From an uncultured Clostridiaceae bacterium (lineage in GTDB: Bacteria > Bacillota > Clostridia > TANB77 > CAG-465), in NCBI GenBank assembly GCA_947169155.1, contig CAMVON010000003.1:76285-140284 (forward strand): a stretch of 64,000 nt of DNA, read 5' to 3'. A program made the position numbers and the translations under genes. Below, one piece after another: positions 25,914-35,892 of the stretch; the first letter of the stretch is position 1, and each line of letters opens with the position of its first letter. The notes beneath the pieces are model-generated. The model did not search any database and had not been told where the DNA came from. It saw nothing but the letters and a program-made list of their open reading frames with translations.

Positions 25914-26159
25914 ATGAATCAAGATACAACAGTTTTTAAACCACAAAAAGATGAATCAAAAAGAGTAAAGGAAATTATGGAACAAGTAGTTGCAGCTCTA
26001 AAAGATAAAGGATATGAGCCAACTAGCCAAATAATAGGTTATATATTATCAGGAGATCCTACATATATAACATCTCACAACAATGCAAGAGCTTTAATTT
26101 GTAAAATTGAAAGAGATGACCTATTACAAGAAATGATTAAAAAATATCTAGATCTATAA
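25914..26159 (+). CDS. ireB: IreB-family regulatory phosphoprotein (UPF0297)
   Basis: 81 aa from ATG 25914 (AAGGGAG 10 nt upstream); ..GYEPTSQIIGYILSGDPTYITSHNNAR.. signature. Confidence 0.85.
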   Translation: MNQDTTVFKPQKDESKRVKEIMEQVVAALKDKGYEPTSQIIGYILSGDPTYITSHNNARALICKIERDDLLQEMIKKYLDL

Positions 26160-26173
26160 TTTATAGGTGAAAA

Positions 26174-26590
26174 ATGAAAAGAATATTAGCAATAGATTAT
26201 GGAGATGTAAGAGTAGGCCTTGCAATTTCAGATGAACTTGGAATTACAGCACAAGGCTTAGAAAATCTTGTAATCAATGGTAGTGATAAAAAATTCATAT
26301 CTGGTATTAGAAAACTAATGCAAGAATATGGCTTTGAAGAGGTTGTTATTGGATATCCTAAAAATATGAATGGAACCAAATCTCAAAAAACAGAAAAAGT
26401 AGATTCACTTATTCCACTACTTGAGGCTTTAGGGCTAAAAGTTCATACATGGGATGAAAGACTTACTACTGTTTCTGCATACCAAACAATGAGAGAGATG
26501 AATATATCTCAAAAGAAAAAGAACACATATGCAGATAGACTAGCTGCAACATACATACTAGAAGGATATTTAAATTCAATATCTAAATAA
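26174..26590 (+). CDS. ruvX: Holliday-junction resolvase-like nuclease RuvX/YqgF
   Basis: 138 aa; ..ILAIDYGDVRVGLAISD.. and ..DERLTT.. motifs; conserved ireB-ruvX-DUF1292 order. Confidence 0.9.
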   Translation: MKRILAIDYGDVRVGLAISDELGITAQGLENLVINGSDKKFISGIRKLMQEYGFEEVVIGYPKNMNGTKSQKTEKVDSLIPLLEALGLKVHTWDERLTTVSAYQTMREMNISQKKKNTYADRLAATYILEGYLNSISK

Positions 26591-26605
26591 GCAGGAGGAA
26601 TTAAA

Positions 26606-26941
26606 ATGGAAGAATTTGGAGGATGCTCAGGTTCATGTAGCTCATGTGCTGGATGTGGACCAATGGACATGGAATCATTACCAGTTTTAACTTTAACAGA
26701 TGAAAATGGTAAAGAAACAACTTTTGAAAAATTAGACGTTGTTGTTTTAGAAGATGGAAGATCATTCTTAATTGTTTCAGAAATTACAGAAAATATAAGT
26801 GAAGAAGTTGAAATTGTAATTCTTGAGATAAAGACAGAAGATGGCGAAAATGTATATGATACATTAACAGACAAAGAACTTCAAAAAGAAGTATATAAAA
26901 GATTTTTAAAACAACAAGGAATTGAAGAAGTTCAAGAATAA
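26606..26941 (+). CDS. DUF1292 protein with a Cys-rich N-terminal extension
   Basis: 111 aa; AGGAGG RBS; DUF1292 core (..LTLTDENGKETTFEKLDVVVLEDGRSFLIV..); N-terminus GGCSGSCSSCAGCG. Confidence 0.8.
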   Translation: MEEFGGCSGSCSSCAGCGPMDMESLPVLTLTDENGKETTFEKLDVVVLEDGRSFLIVSEITENISEEVEIVILEIKTEDGENVYDTLTDKELQKEVYKRFLKQQGIEEVQE

Positions 26942-26950
26942 AGAAAAATT

Positions 26951-26978
26951 AGATACCAAGAAATTGGTATCTTTTTTT
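26951..26978 (+). terminator. Rho-independent terminator
   Basis: Stem AGATACCA (26951-26958) / TGGTATCT (26965-26972) followed by TTTTTT. Confidence 0.8.
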
Positions 26979-27094
26979 ATATTTTTGTGTTAATTATTAA
27001 AACTTTGTGACACTAGTGAATTTTTGGTGAAATGCTACATAATATGTTTATTTTGCACCTCTGTTGTGATATAATAACTATCGGTGATAAAAAA

Positions 27095-28360
27095 ATGGAA
27101 AGTGCATACAAATTATTTAATATTAGTGAAAAATTAGAAAAATTGGCAAGACAATCTGAAGATGAATGTAAAGAAGTCTTCAAAAGAATAGAGGAGAATG
27201 CTTTATACAATCAAGCAAGAGTATTAAAAGCGTTTCAATCTGTACCAATTACTACAACACATTTTGGTAAAAGTACAGGTTATGGTCATGGTGACCCAGG
27301 AAGAGAAGCAATAGAAAAACTATATGCAAATCTTTTTGAAGCAGAAGCAGCTCTAGTTAGAGTACAATTTGTAAGTGGAACACATACACTTGCTACTGCA
27401 CTTAAAGGACTACTAGAATATGGAGATGAAATGCTTGCTATATCTGGAAGGCCATATGATACTCTAGCTACTGTAATAGGCTTAGAAGGAGACAATGAAA
27501 TGTCTCTTTTAAAAAGAGGAATCAAATATGCTCAAGTAGATCTAGATGAAAATGATAATTTCAAATGTGAAGAAATTAAAGACTATTTAAAAAATCATAA
27601 AGTAAAACTTGTACATATTCAAAGATCAAGAGGATATGCAGTAAGAAAAGCACTATTAATTGCAGATATTGAAAATGTTATAAAAGAAATTAGAAGTGTA
27701 GATAAAGATGTAATTATATTTGTAGACAACTGTTATGGTGAGTTTACTGAAACTAAAGAACCAACTGCAGTAGGCGCAGATATTTGCTGTGGATCGTTAA
27801 TTAAAAACGCTGGTGGTGGACTATGTGAAATGGGTGGATATGTTGTAGGTAAAGAAGCTCTAATTGAAAGAGTAGTACAAGAGCTATATTGCCCAGGACT
27901 TGAAAGAGATAATGGTGCAACACTAGGACAAAACCAAAACATAATTCAAGGATTATTCATGGCACCAACAGTAGTTGAAGCAGCACTAAAAGCAATGACA
28001 TTTGCTTCTAAACTATTAGAAAATCTAGGAATGGATGTATTTCCTAAATATACAGATATCCGTAGCGATATTGTTCAAATTATTAACTTTGGAGATAGGG
28101 ATAAGTTAATTAAATTCATTCAAGGTATTCAATATGCTTCTCCAATAGATAGCAATGTTGTACCAATGCCTTGGGAGATGCCAGGATATACAGATGAAGT
28201 AATAATGGCAGCAGGAACATTTATGGAAGGTGCATCTATTGAACTTAGTGCAGATGCTCCAATGAGAGAACCATATGCTTGCTATATGCAAGGTGGTCTT
28301 TCATACGAGAGTGCAAAACTTGCAGTATTAATTGCTGCTCAAAAAATGTTAGGAGAATAA
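27095..28360 (+). CDS. YnbB-type PLP-dependent methionine gamma-lyase family protein (aluminium-resistance-protein family)
   Basis: 421 aa from ATG 27095; ..HFGKSTGYGHGDPGRE.. and ..IQRSRGY.. ..GSLIKNAGGG.. are typical of this family. Confidence 0.8.
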   Translation: MESAYKLFNISEKLEKLARQSEDECKEVFKRIEENALYNQARVLKAFQSVPITTTHFGKSTGYGHGDPGREAIEKLYANLFEAEAALVRVQFVSGTHTLATALKGLLEYGDEMLAISGRPYDTLATVIGLEGDNEMSLLKRGIKYAQVDLDENDNFKCEEIKDYLKNHKVKLVHIQRSRGYAVRKALLIADIENVIKEIRSVDKDVIIFVDNCYGEFTETKEPTAVGADICCGSLIKNAGGGLCEMGGYVVGKEALIERVVQELYCPGLERDNGATLGQNQNIIQGLFMAPTVVEAALKAMTFASKLLENLGMDVFPKYTDIRSDIVQIINFGDRDKLIKFIQGIQYASPIDSNVVPMPWEMPGYTDEVIMAAGTFMEGASIELSADAPMREPYACYMQGGLSYESAKLAVLIAAQKMLGE

Positions 28361-28361
28361 T

Positions 28362-29600
28362 ATGAAAGTAATTGTAGTAGGTGGTGGAGCATCTGGAATG
28401 ATTGCAGCTATCACTTCAGCAAAGCAAGGAAATGAGACTATACTTATAGAAAAAACTAGTAGTCTTGGAAATAAAATTAAAATCACTGGAAAAGGTAGAT
28501 GTAATGTTACTTTTGATGGAGATATAGAAGACTTTAGGGAAAATATTAAGCACAACAATAAGTTTATGTATAGCTCATATATGAATTTTTCAAACAAAGA
28601 TGTTGTAGAATATTTTAATTCTCAAGGAGTAGAAACAAAACTAGAGCGTGGTGGAAGAATATTTCCTGTATCAGATAAAGCACAAGATATAGTAGACGCA
28701 TTAGTTAATGACTTAAATAAACACAACGTAAAAATTATGCTTAACACAGAACTTAAAGATTTAATTATAAAAGATGGAATATGTGTAGGTATGGTAACTC
28801 AAAAAGAAAAAATTCTAGCAGATAAAGTAATTATTGCAACAGGTGGAAAATCATATCCATCAACAGGAAGTGATGGGAAAGCTATAGATATACTTGCAAA
28901 AAATGGCATAAGTATAACTAAGCTATTACCAGGACTTGTACCACTAAGAAGTGAAGATAGGATTTGTAAAGAACTGCAAGGATTAACACTAAAAAATGTC
29001 TCGCTAAAAATTATAGATAGTGGAAAAATAATATATGATGCATTTGGTGAAATGCTTTTTGCACACTTTGGACTAACAGGGCCAATAGTTTTGAGTGCAA
29101 GTAGTATTTTAAATAGAGTAGATGATATAGATAATAAGTTAAAAGAACACAAAATAATAGCATCAATAGATTTAAAACCAGCATTAGATATAGATACTCT
29201 AGATAAAAGAATTCAAAGAGACTTTCAAAAATATACAAACAAAGAATTTAAAAATGCTTTAGATGATTTACTACCACAAAAATTAATACCAGTAATAATT
29301 TCAAGAAGTGGAATAGATGAGTTAAAAAAAGTTCATCAAATAACAAAAGAAGAAAGAGAAAACTTAGTAAAAGCAATAAAAAATCTAGAAATAAATATTA
29401 CTGGATTTTTAGGATATGATGTAGCTATCATTACATGTGGTGGAGTAGATGTAAAACAGATTAATCCAAAAACAATGGAAACAAAAAATATAAAGAATTT
29501 ATTCATTGCTGGTGAGGCATTAGATGTAGATGCTTTAACAGGTGGATTTAACTTACAAATTGCATTTTCTACAGGTGTTGCTGCAGGAAATAATTATTAA
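28362..29600 (+). CDS. HI0933/BaiN-family NAD(P)/FAD-dependent flavoprotein
   Basis: 412 aa; starts 1 nt after the upstream stop; Rossmann VIVVGGGASGMIAA; ..ITGKGRCN.. and C-terminal ..GEALDVDALTGGFNLQIAFSTG.. Confidence 0.85.
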   Translation: MKVIVVGGGASGMIAAITSAKQGNETILIEKTSSLGNKIKITGKGRCNVTFDGDIEDFRENIKHNNKFMYSSYMNFSNKDVVEYFNSQGVETKLERGGRIFPVSDKAQDIVDALVNDLNKHNVKIMLNTELKDLIIKDGICVGMVTQKEKILADKVIIATGGKSYPSTGSDGKAIDILAKNGISITKLLPGLVPLRSEDRICKELQGLTLKNVSLKIIDSGKIIYDAFGEMLFAHFGLTGPIVLSASSILNRVDDIDNKLKEHKIIASIDLKPALDIDTLDKRIQRDFQKYTNKEFKNALDDLLPQKLIPVIISRSGIDELKKVHQITKEERENLVKAIKNLEINITGFLGYDVAIITCGGVDVKQINPKTMETKNIKNLFIAGEALDVDALTGGFNLQIAFSTGVAAGNNY

Positions 29601-29605
29601 TATAT

Positions 29606-29636
29606 AGAATACAAGAATAGAGAATAGATTAGAATA
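29606..29636 (+). repeat. Four direct copies of AGAATA upstream of the htrA-like gene (candidate regulator binding sites)
   Basis: AGAATA at 29606, 29614, 29621 and 29631 within 31 nt; 39 nt upstream of ATG 29675. Confidence 0.5.
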
Positions 29637-29674
29637 TAAATATAAATAGTTTTAGATTTAGGAGGAAGATAAAA

Positions 29675-30820
29675 ATGGAAGATAAAAGTTATGACATATA
29701 CAAAGAAAAAAGAAATACTAATGTAGGACTAATTGTTGGAATTCTTTGTGCTATGGTTGTAGTATCAATAATTAGTTCAGTATTAACATATAGTTTAATG
29801 AGTAAAGGACAAATGCAACTTGTTGGAGCAAATAACACTACATATACAGTTGAAAATGTGGAAAATCCAGTTGTTGCTGTAGCAGAAATTACAGGCCCAT
29901 CAGTTGTTGGGGTAAGTGTAACATTTTATGAGCAAAGTTTTTGGGGAGAACTAGCAGAAGGAGAGGCTGAAGGATCAGGTGTTATATATTCAGAAGACGG
30001 ATATATAATTACAAACTATCATGTAATAGAGCAAGCAGTGAATTCTTCAAATTCAGCAGTTAAAGTTACACTTGCAAATAAAGAAGAATATGAAGCAACA
30101 ATTGTAGGTGCAGATGAAACAACAGACTTAGCACTTTTAAAGATTGAAGCAGAAGGACTAACACCTGCTAAATTTGCAGATTCAGATAAAATTAATGTAG
30201 GTGAATATGCTATTGCTATAGGTAATCCACTTGGAAAAGAATTTGCAGGAAGCGTAACAGTAGGATATATATCTGCAGTAAATAGAACAATAACAGCAGA
30301 TGGAAGAACATATAATGTTATACAAACAGATGCTGCAATAAACCCAGGTAACAGTGGTGGAGCACTTGTAAACTCTAAAGGTGAAGTAATAGGAATTAAT
30401 ACTGTAAAAATAAGTGATGAATCAGTTGAAGGATTAGGATTTGCTATTCCAAGTAATTATGCATTAAAAATAATAGAAGAATTAAAAGAAAACGGAAAGA
30501 TAGTTAGACCATATATTGGAATATATGGAATAGACTTAGATAAAACATTAGCATCAAGAAATAATCTTGTAGAAGGTGTATACATATATAAAATTAGTGC
30601 TAATTCACCAGCTCAAGAGCTAGGATTACAAAGAGGAGATGTAATTGTAGAATTTGATGGACAAAAAGTTTTAACAATAAATGAAATAAATACAATAAAA
30701 AATGAAAAAAATATTGGAGATAAAGTAAAAATAAAAGTATACAGAGATGGGGATTATAAAGAAGGCGTTTTAACACTTGGTAGTGATGAAAACGTATCTA
30801 CATCAAATGTAACAAATTAG
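29675..30820 (+). CDS. htrA: HtrA/DegP-family S1C serine protease with PDZ domain
   Basis: 381 aa; N-terminal TM anchor; catalytic triad context ..ITNYHV.. / ..DLALLKI.. / ..GNSGGALV..; C-terminal PDZ (..GLQRGDVIVEFDGQKV..). Confidence 0.9.
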   Translation: MEDKSYDIYKEKRNTNVGLIVGILCAMVVVSIISSVLTYSLMSKGQMQLVGANNTTYTVENVENPVVAVAEITGPSVVGVSVTFYEQSFWGELAEGEAEGSGVIYSEDGYIITNYHVIEQAVNSSNSAVKVTLANKEEYEATIVGADETTDLALLKIEAEGLTPAKFADSDKINVGEYAIAIGNPLGKEFAGSVTVGYISAVNRTITADGRTYNVIQTDAAINPGNSGGALVNSKGEVIGINTVKISDESVEGLGFAIPSNYALKIIEELKENGKIVRPYIGIYGIDLDKTLASRNNLVEGVYIYKISANSPAQELGLQRGDVIVEFDGQKVLTINEINTIKNEKNIGDKVKIKVYRDGDYKEGVLTLGSDENVSTSNVTN

Positions 30821-30834
30821 ATAAAAGATAGAAG

Positions 30835-30860
30835 GAGCCTAAGTTTAGGCTCTTTTTTTA
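30835..30860 (+). terminator. Rho-independent terminator
   Basis: Stem GAGCCTAA / TTAGGCTC (30835-30852) followed by TTTTTTT. Confidence 0.75.
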
Positions 30861-30896
30861 TTTTTAAAAATATGTCGTAAAATGTTATGTAAAGTA

Positions 30897-30925
30897 TTGA
30901 AAAACGCAAAAAATAGGTGTATAAT
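30897..30925 (+). promoter_or_regulatory. Sigma-A consensus promoter with extended -10
   Basis: TTGAAA (30897-30902), 17 nt, TG-TATAAT (30920-30925). Confidence 0.6.
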
Positions 30926-31015
30926 ATCAGTCATATGAACAATATATTGATTGGCTTGATTAAAGTCAAAAAACAATGAGAAAAAATTATTTAAAAAAGG
31001 GAGGAGATATTTTTT

Positions 31016-32299
31016 ATGAAGAGAATACTCAAAGTATTTGTTTTGCTACTATTTTTAGGAGTAGCTTTTATTGTGGTGAATTTATTTTTCACAAACAGTT
31101 TTAACAAATTAAGTCTACCAATTTTATCATCTACATCTAAGGAATTTGGAGAATTAGTAGATGTTGAACAAAAGGAAGACAACTTTGAAATTTACAAGCA
31201 AACTCTAAGTTATTCAGAGTTTATAGACAACGATGTTAATTCAAAAATTGAAAATGATGTAAATGCATTAATTGCAACTACAGCTGGCAAAGAAGGTGTT
31301 AAAGAACACGAAAAAGCAGTATACAAAAATGTTATTGATACATATGTAATCAACGATAACATTGTTAGTGTAAAAGTTACATCATCTGTCAAAAACTTAT
31401 ATGAAGACAACTATACAAAAACAGTTACTTTATATAATTATGACACAAAAAATCAAAGAGCAATATCGCTAGATGACTTTTTCAAAGATGGATACAAAGA
31501 TACTATTGCAAATAATTATACAGATAAATATTTACTTACTAAAACAGGTGTAGATTTTTATACAGATACAAAAAAATCTGGTTCATGTAAGTATTTAGAT
31601 CTTAAAGATTATGCAATAAGTAAAACTTTGACAAAGGATAATTTTGGAGTATCTGAAGAAGAATACAAAGAAATTTTCAAAAACTACATAGATCCAAACA
31701 AGAAAATGATAGCAATTACTTTTGATGACGGACCACATCCAACAAACACAGAAGCAATTCTAGACATTTTAGCAGAATATAATGTTCATGCTACATTCTT
31801 TATGTTAGGACAAAATGTACAAGCATATCCTGAAGTTGTAAAGAAAGTGTATGAAGGTGGACATGAAATTGCTAACCACTCTTGGAATCATCCACAACTA
31901 ACAAAATTATCTGCGGATAGCATTGCTAAACAAATTAATGATACATCTGATGCTATATACAACATTACTGGATACAGACCAAAACTTGTAAGACCACCAT
32001 ATGGTGCAATGAACGACACAGTAAAATCTACAATACAAGAGACATTAATTCTTTGGAACATAGACTCACTAGATTGGAAAACTAAAGACCAAAATCAAAT
32101 AGTTCCACTAGTAATGAGTGATGTTGAAGACGGAGATATCATCCTTCTACATGATATTCATCCAACAACTACACCTGCAGTAAGAAGAATTGTAGAACAG
32201 TTGTTAGCACAAGATTATCAAATAATTACAGTTTCTCAAATGTTAGAAGCAAAAGGAAAAGACACTGTAAATATTAAATATTTTTATAGTGCTCATTAA
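31016..32299 (+). CDS. PdaC-like membrane-anchored polysaccharide deacetylase (NodB domain)
   Basis: 427 aa; GGGAGGAG RBS; N-terminal TM; middle domain of PdaC/RsiV type (tentative); C-terminal NodB motifs ..IAITFDDGPH.., ..HEIANHSWNHP.., ..RPPYG.., ..LLHD.. Confidence 0.85.
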   Translation: MKRILKVFVLLLFLGVAFIVVNLFFTNSFNKLSLPILSSTSKEFGELVDVEQKEDNFEIYKQTLSYSEFIDNDVNSKIENDVNALIATTAGKEGVKEHEKAVYKNVIDTYVINDNIVSVKVTSSVKNLYEDNYTKTVTLYNYDTKNQRAISLDDFFKDGYKDTIANNYTDKYLLTKTGVDFYTDTKKSGSCKYLDLKDYAISKTLTKDNFGVSEEEYKEIFKNYIDPNKKMIAITFDDGPHPTNTEAILDILAEYNVHATFFMLGQNVQAYPEVVKKVYEGGHEIANHSWNHPQLTKLSADSIAKQINDTSDAIYNITGYRPKLVRPPYGAMNDTVKSTIQETLILWNIDSLDWKTKDQNQIVPLVMSDVEDGDIILLHDIHPTTTPAVRRIVEQLLAQDYQIITVSQMLEAKGKDTVNIKYFYSAH

Positions 32300-32306
32300 A
32301 ACATAT

Positions 32307-32345
32307 AAACTACTAAGATTAATGTCTTAGTAGTTTTTCTTTTTA
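32307..32345 (+). terminator. Rho-independent terminator
   Basis: 12-bp stem AAACTACTAAGA (32307-32318) / TCTTAGTAGTTT (32325-32336) followed by a T-run. Confidence 0.85.
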
Positions 32346-32421
32346 GACAGGAAAAATGTGCTTTTAACTTTTGCACTATTTATTTTTTTATAGTATAATA
32401 ATGATGTTTGAGGAGATAGAT

Positions 32422-34422
32422 ATGGCAAAAAAAGTAATAGTAACAGAAAAACCTAGTGTAGCAATGGAATTTGCAAAAGCTTTAAAGATAAATACTAGTA
32501 GAAAAGATGGATATATTGAATCAGACGAATGGATAATAACATGGTGTTATGGACATTTAGTTACAATGAGTTATCCAGAGGTGTATGATGAAAAGCTAAA
32601 AACATGGAGACTTGATACACTTCCTTTTCTACCAACAGACTGGAAATATGAAATATTACCAGGAACTGCTGGCAAGCAGTTTTATACCATTCAAAAAATA
32701 CTTCAAAGAGAAGATATAGATACTATATACAACGCAGGAGACTCTGGACGTGAAGGAGAGTACATACAGCGTTTAGTATACATGATGGCACATCCTAATC
32801 CAAATGCAAAATTAAAAAGAGTATGGATAGATTCTCAAACTGAAGATGAAATATTAAGAGGCATAAGAGAAGCAAAAGATTTAGATGAATATAATTCTTT
32901 ATCTGATGCTGCATATTTAAGAGCAAAAGAAGACTACTTAATTGGAATTAACTTTTCAAGACTACTATCATTAATTTATGCAAGAGGACTTGCAAAAAAG
33001 ATGGAAGAAGATAGAGCAGTAATTTCAATTGGTAGAGTTATGACTTGTGTATTAGGCTTAGTAGTAAACAGAGAAAGAGAAATTAGAAACTTTAAAAAGG
33101 TTTCTTTCTATAAAATTCGTGGAGCATTCCAAAAAGATGAAAGCTCTTTGCTTGCAGATTGGAAAGCTCAAGAAGGCTCAAAGCTCCTAGATTCTCCAAG
33201 ACTATATAATGAAACAGGATTTAAGAAAAAAGAAGATGCTCTAAAGTTTATAGACTATCTAAAAGGAAAAGAAAAAGCAGTAGTTGAGTCAATTCAAAAG
33301 AAAAAGAATAAAGAAAATCCACCACTATTATTTAATCTTGCAGAAGCACAACACGAATGTACTCGTAGATTTAAAATCAGTCCAGATCAAACATTACAAA
33401 CAATACAAAATCTATATGAGAAAAAGCTTGTAACTTATCCAAGAACTGATGCAAGAGTACTTTCAAGTGCTGTTGCAAAAGAGATAACAAAGAACTTAAA
33501 TGGATTATCTAAACTCAAAATAGATGATGAGATAACTCAAGCTATTCAAACAATGGCTAAAGAGAAATACAGTACAAAACTAGAAAAGACAAAATATGTA
33601 GATGATTCTAAAATAACAGACCACTATGCAATAATTCCTACAGGACAAGGTGGAGAAAACTTAGAAGGTTTAACAGAATTAGAAAAAAATGTATATATTT
33701 TAATTGTTAAAAGATTTCTAGCTATCTTTTATCCACCTGCAGAATATAATAGAATCACAGTAACTATAGATGTAGATGGAGAAAAATTCTTTGCAAATGG
33801 TAAAGTTTGTACTCAAATGGGCTATCTAGAGTTATATAAAAATGATAAGCTAAAAAAAGATAACTCTAAAAAAGAAGAAAAAACAGACGATGAAGATGAG
33901 GATAAAGAAAAGGAAGAAGAAGAAACACTAGATGATGTTGAAATTCTTTCAAAACTAAAAAAAGGAGATATCCTTACAGCTACAGAATATACAATTCGTG
34001 AGGGTGAGACAAAACCACCTAAAAGATATAATTCTGGAGATATGGTTCTTGCAATGGAAAATGCAGGAAAGCTTATTGAAGATGAAGAACTACGTGAACA
34101 AATAAAAGGTAGTGGAATAGGAACATCTGCAACTCGTGCAGAAATAATTAAAAAGCTAATACGTATAAACTATATTGCAGCAAACTCAAAAACACAAATT
34201 TTAACACCAACAAAAAGAGGAGAAGCAATTTATGATATTGTAGCATCAACTATGCCAGATATGCTAAATCCAGAACTTACTGCAAGCTGGGAAAAAGGAC
34301 TAACAATGGTAGAACAAAAAGAAATCAGTGCAGATGAGTTTATGCAAAAATTAGAAGCATATGTAAGAAACAAGGTAGTAAAATTTAAAAAGAGCAGAAA
34401 TGAATACTTGTATGGGTATTAA
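32422..34422 (+). CDS. topB: DNA topoisomerase III
   Basis: 666 aa from ATG 32422 (GAGGAG RBS); Toprim start KVIVTEKPSVA, ..ITWCYGHL.., ..DSGREGEYIQR.., active-site region ..LVTYPRTD..; no C-terminal zinc fingers. Confidence 0.9.
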   Translation: MAKKVIVTEKPSVAMEFAKALKINTSRKDGYIESDEWIITWCYGHLVTMSYPEVYDEKLKTWRLDTLPFLPTDWKYEILPGTAGKQFYTIQKILQREDIDTIYNAGDSGREGEYIQRLVYMMAHPNPNAKLKRVWIDSQTEDEILRGIREAKDLDEYNSLSDAAYLRAKEDYLIGINFSRLLSLIYARGLAKKMEEDRAVISIGRVMTCVLGLVVNREREIRNFKKVSFYKIRGAFQKDESSLLADWKAQEGSKLLDSPRLYNETGFKKKEDALKFIDYLKGKEKAVVESIQKKKNKENPPLLFNLAEAQHECTRRFKISPDQTLQTIQNLYEKKLVTYPRTDARVLSSAVAKEITKNLNGLSKLKIDDEITQAIQTMAKEKYSTKLEKTKYVDDSKITDHYAIIPTGQGGENLEGLTELEKNVYILIVKRFLAIFYPPAEYNRITVTIDVDGEKFFANGKVCTQMGYLELYKNDKLKKDNSKKEEKTDDEDEDKEKEEEETLDDVEILSKLKKGDILTATEYTIREGETKPPKRYNSGDMVLAMENAGKLIEDEELREQIKGSGIGTSATRAEIIKKLIRINYIAANSKTQILTPTKRGEAIYDIVASTMPDMLNPELTASWEKGLTMVEQKEISADEFMQKLEAYVRNKVVKFKKSRNEYLYGY

Positions 34423-34487
34423 TTATTGCTTTTTTAGGATTTTATTGTATAATTATTGTATAAGATTTTTAAAGGAGAGAAAATAAT

Positions 34488-35036
34488 ATGGATTATCAAG
34501 AAATTGAAGACAAAATGCAAAAAGCAGTAGATTATTTACAAGAAGAATTAGTAGCAATTAGAGCAGGTAGAGCAAATCCTGCTATACTAAATAAAGTTAC
34601 AGTAGATTACTATGGAGCACAAACTCCACTAAACCAAGTCGGAGCAATCTCTGTACCAGAAGCAAGACAAATATTAATAACACCTTGGGATAAATCTTTA
34701 ATTGGACCAATAACTAAAGCTATTCAAATGGCTGAACTTGGAGTAAACCCAATTAATGATGGAAATGGTGTAAGATTAACATTTCCAGAATTAAATGAAG
34801 ATAGAAGAAAACAAATCGTTAAAGAAGTTAAATCTTTAGGTGAAGATGCAAAAGTTGCAGTAAGAAACGTAAGAAGAGACGGAATTGACGATGCTAAAAA
34901 ACAAGAAAAAGCTGGAGAAATCACTGAAGATGAATTAAAAGGTGCTGAAGATAAAATTCAAAAAATAACAGACAAATTCACAGCAAAAATAGATGAAATG
35001 ATTTCAGCTAAAGAAAAAGAGGTTATGGAAGTATAA
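34488..35036 (+). CDS. frr: Ribosome recycling factor
   Basis: 182 aa; ..LVAIRAGRANPAILNKVTVDYYG.. and ..VRNVRRDGIDD.. are canonical. Confidence 0.95.
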   Translation: MDYQEIEDKMQKAVDYLQEELVAIRAGRANPAILNKVTVDYYGAQTPLNQVGAISVPEARQILITPWDKSLIGPITKAIQMAELGVNPINDGNGVRLTFPELNEDRRKQIVKEVKSLGEDAKVAVRNVRRDGIDDAKKQEKAGEITEDELKGAEDKIQKITDKFTAKIDEMISAKEKEVMEV

Positions 35037-35055
35037 TCTAGTAAGGAGAGAAAAA

Positions 35056-35880
35056 TTGAATAATGGAGTAAAAAGAGTAGCAACAGCATTAATATTAATG
35101 CTAACCGTAATTGGTGGACTTGTTTTAAACAACCAAATAGTATATTCAATATTTACTACTTTACTAGCAATAATTGGAGTATATGAATGTAATAGGGTTT
35201 TTAAAGTTAAAGGACATCATCCAATTCCTTTGGTTGGATATTTAAGTTGCCTAATTATACCTTTACTTGGTAATGTTCCTACAGATTGGGTGCTAAATGT
35301 AATTCTTGTAGCACTTCCATGCTTAATATTATATTCATTTGCATATATAATATTTAAGAAACTTGAAGTGACTGCAATAGACGTAGCAATTACATTTTTA
35401 ACAATTATTTATTCACCATTTATGTTTGCATTTATTAAATTATTACTTGCACAAGCAGATGGTAGAATATTTTTCCTACTAGCAGTAACTTATGCTAGTG
35501 CAACAGATACTTTTGCATATGAGATAGGATCAAGATTTGGAAAGCATAAATTATGCCCAGCAGTAAGTCCTAAAAAAAGTATCGAAGGTTCAGTTGCAGG
35601 AATAATAGCATCAGTCGTAATAAGTGTTTTAATATGCTATATAACTAATACATATTTTGGAACTAACTTTAATCTAATATTAATGGGAGTTATGGGAGTC
35701 GTATTTAGTATAGTAGGTCAAATTGGAGACCTAGCAGCTTCTAGTATTAAACGCTATTGCGGAGAAAAAGATTTTAGTCAATTATTACCAGGACATGGTG
35801 GAGTATTAGATAGAGTAGATTCTGTACTATTTATTGCACCATTTTTATACATATTTTTATATCTAACAAAACTATTATAA
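35056..35880 (+). CDS. cdsA: Phosphatidate cytidylyltransferase
   Basis: 274 aa; TTG start 5 nt after AAGGAGAG; polytopic; CdsA signature ..SPKKSIEGSVAG.. ..GDLAASSIKR.. ..PGHGGVLDRVDS.. Confidence 0.9.
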   Translation: MNNGVKRVATALILMLTVIGGLVLNNQIVYSIFTTLLAIIGVYECNRVFKVKGHHPIPLVGYLSCLIIPLLGNVPTDWVLNVILVALPCLILYSFAYIIFKKLEVTAIDVAITFLTIIYSPFMFAFIKLLLAQADGRIFFLLAVTYASATDTFAYEIGSRFGKHKLCPAVSPKKSIEGSVAGIIASVVISVLICYITNTYFGTNFNLILMGVMGVVFSIVGQIGDLAASSIKRYCGEKDFSQLLPGHGGVLDRVDSVLFIAPFLYIFLYLTKLL

Positions 35881-35892
35881 GGAGGCATAATT

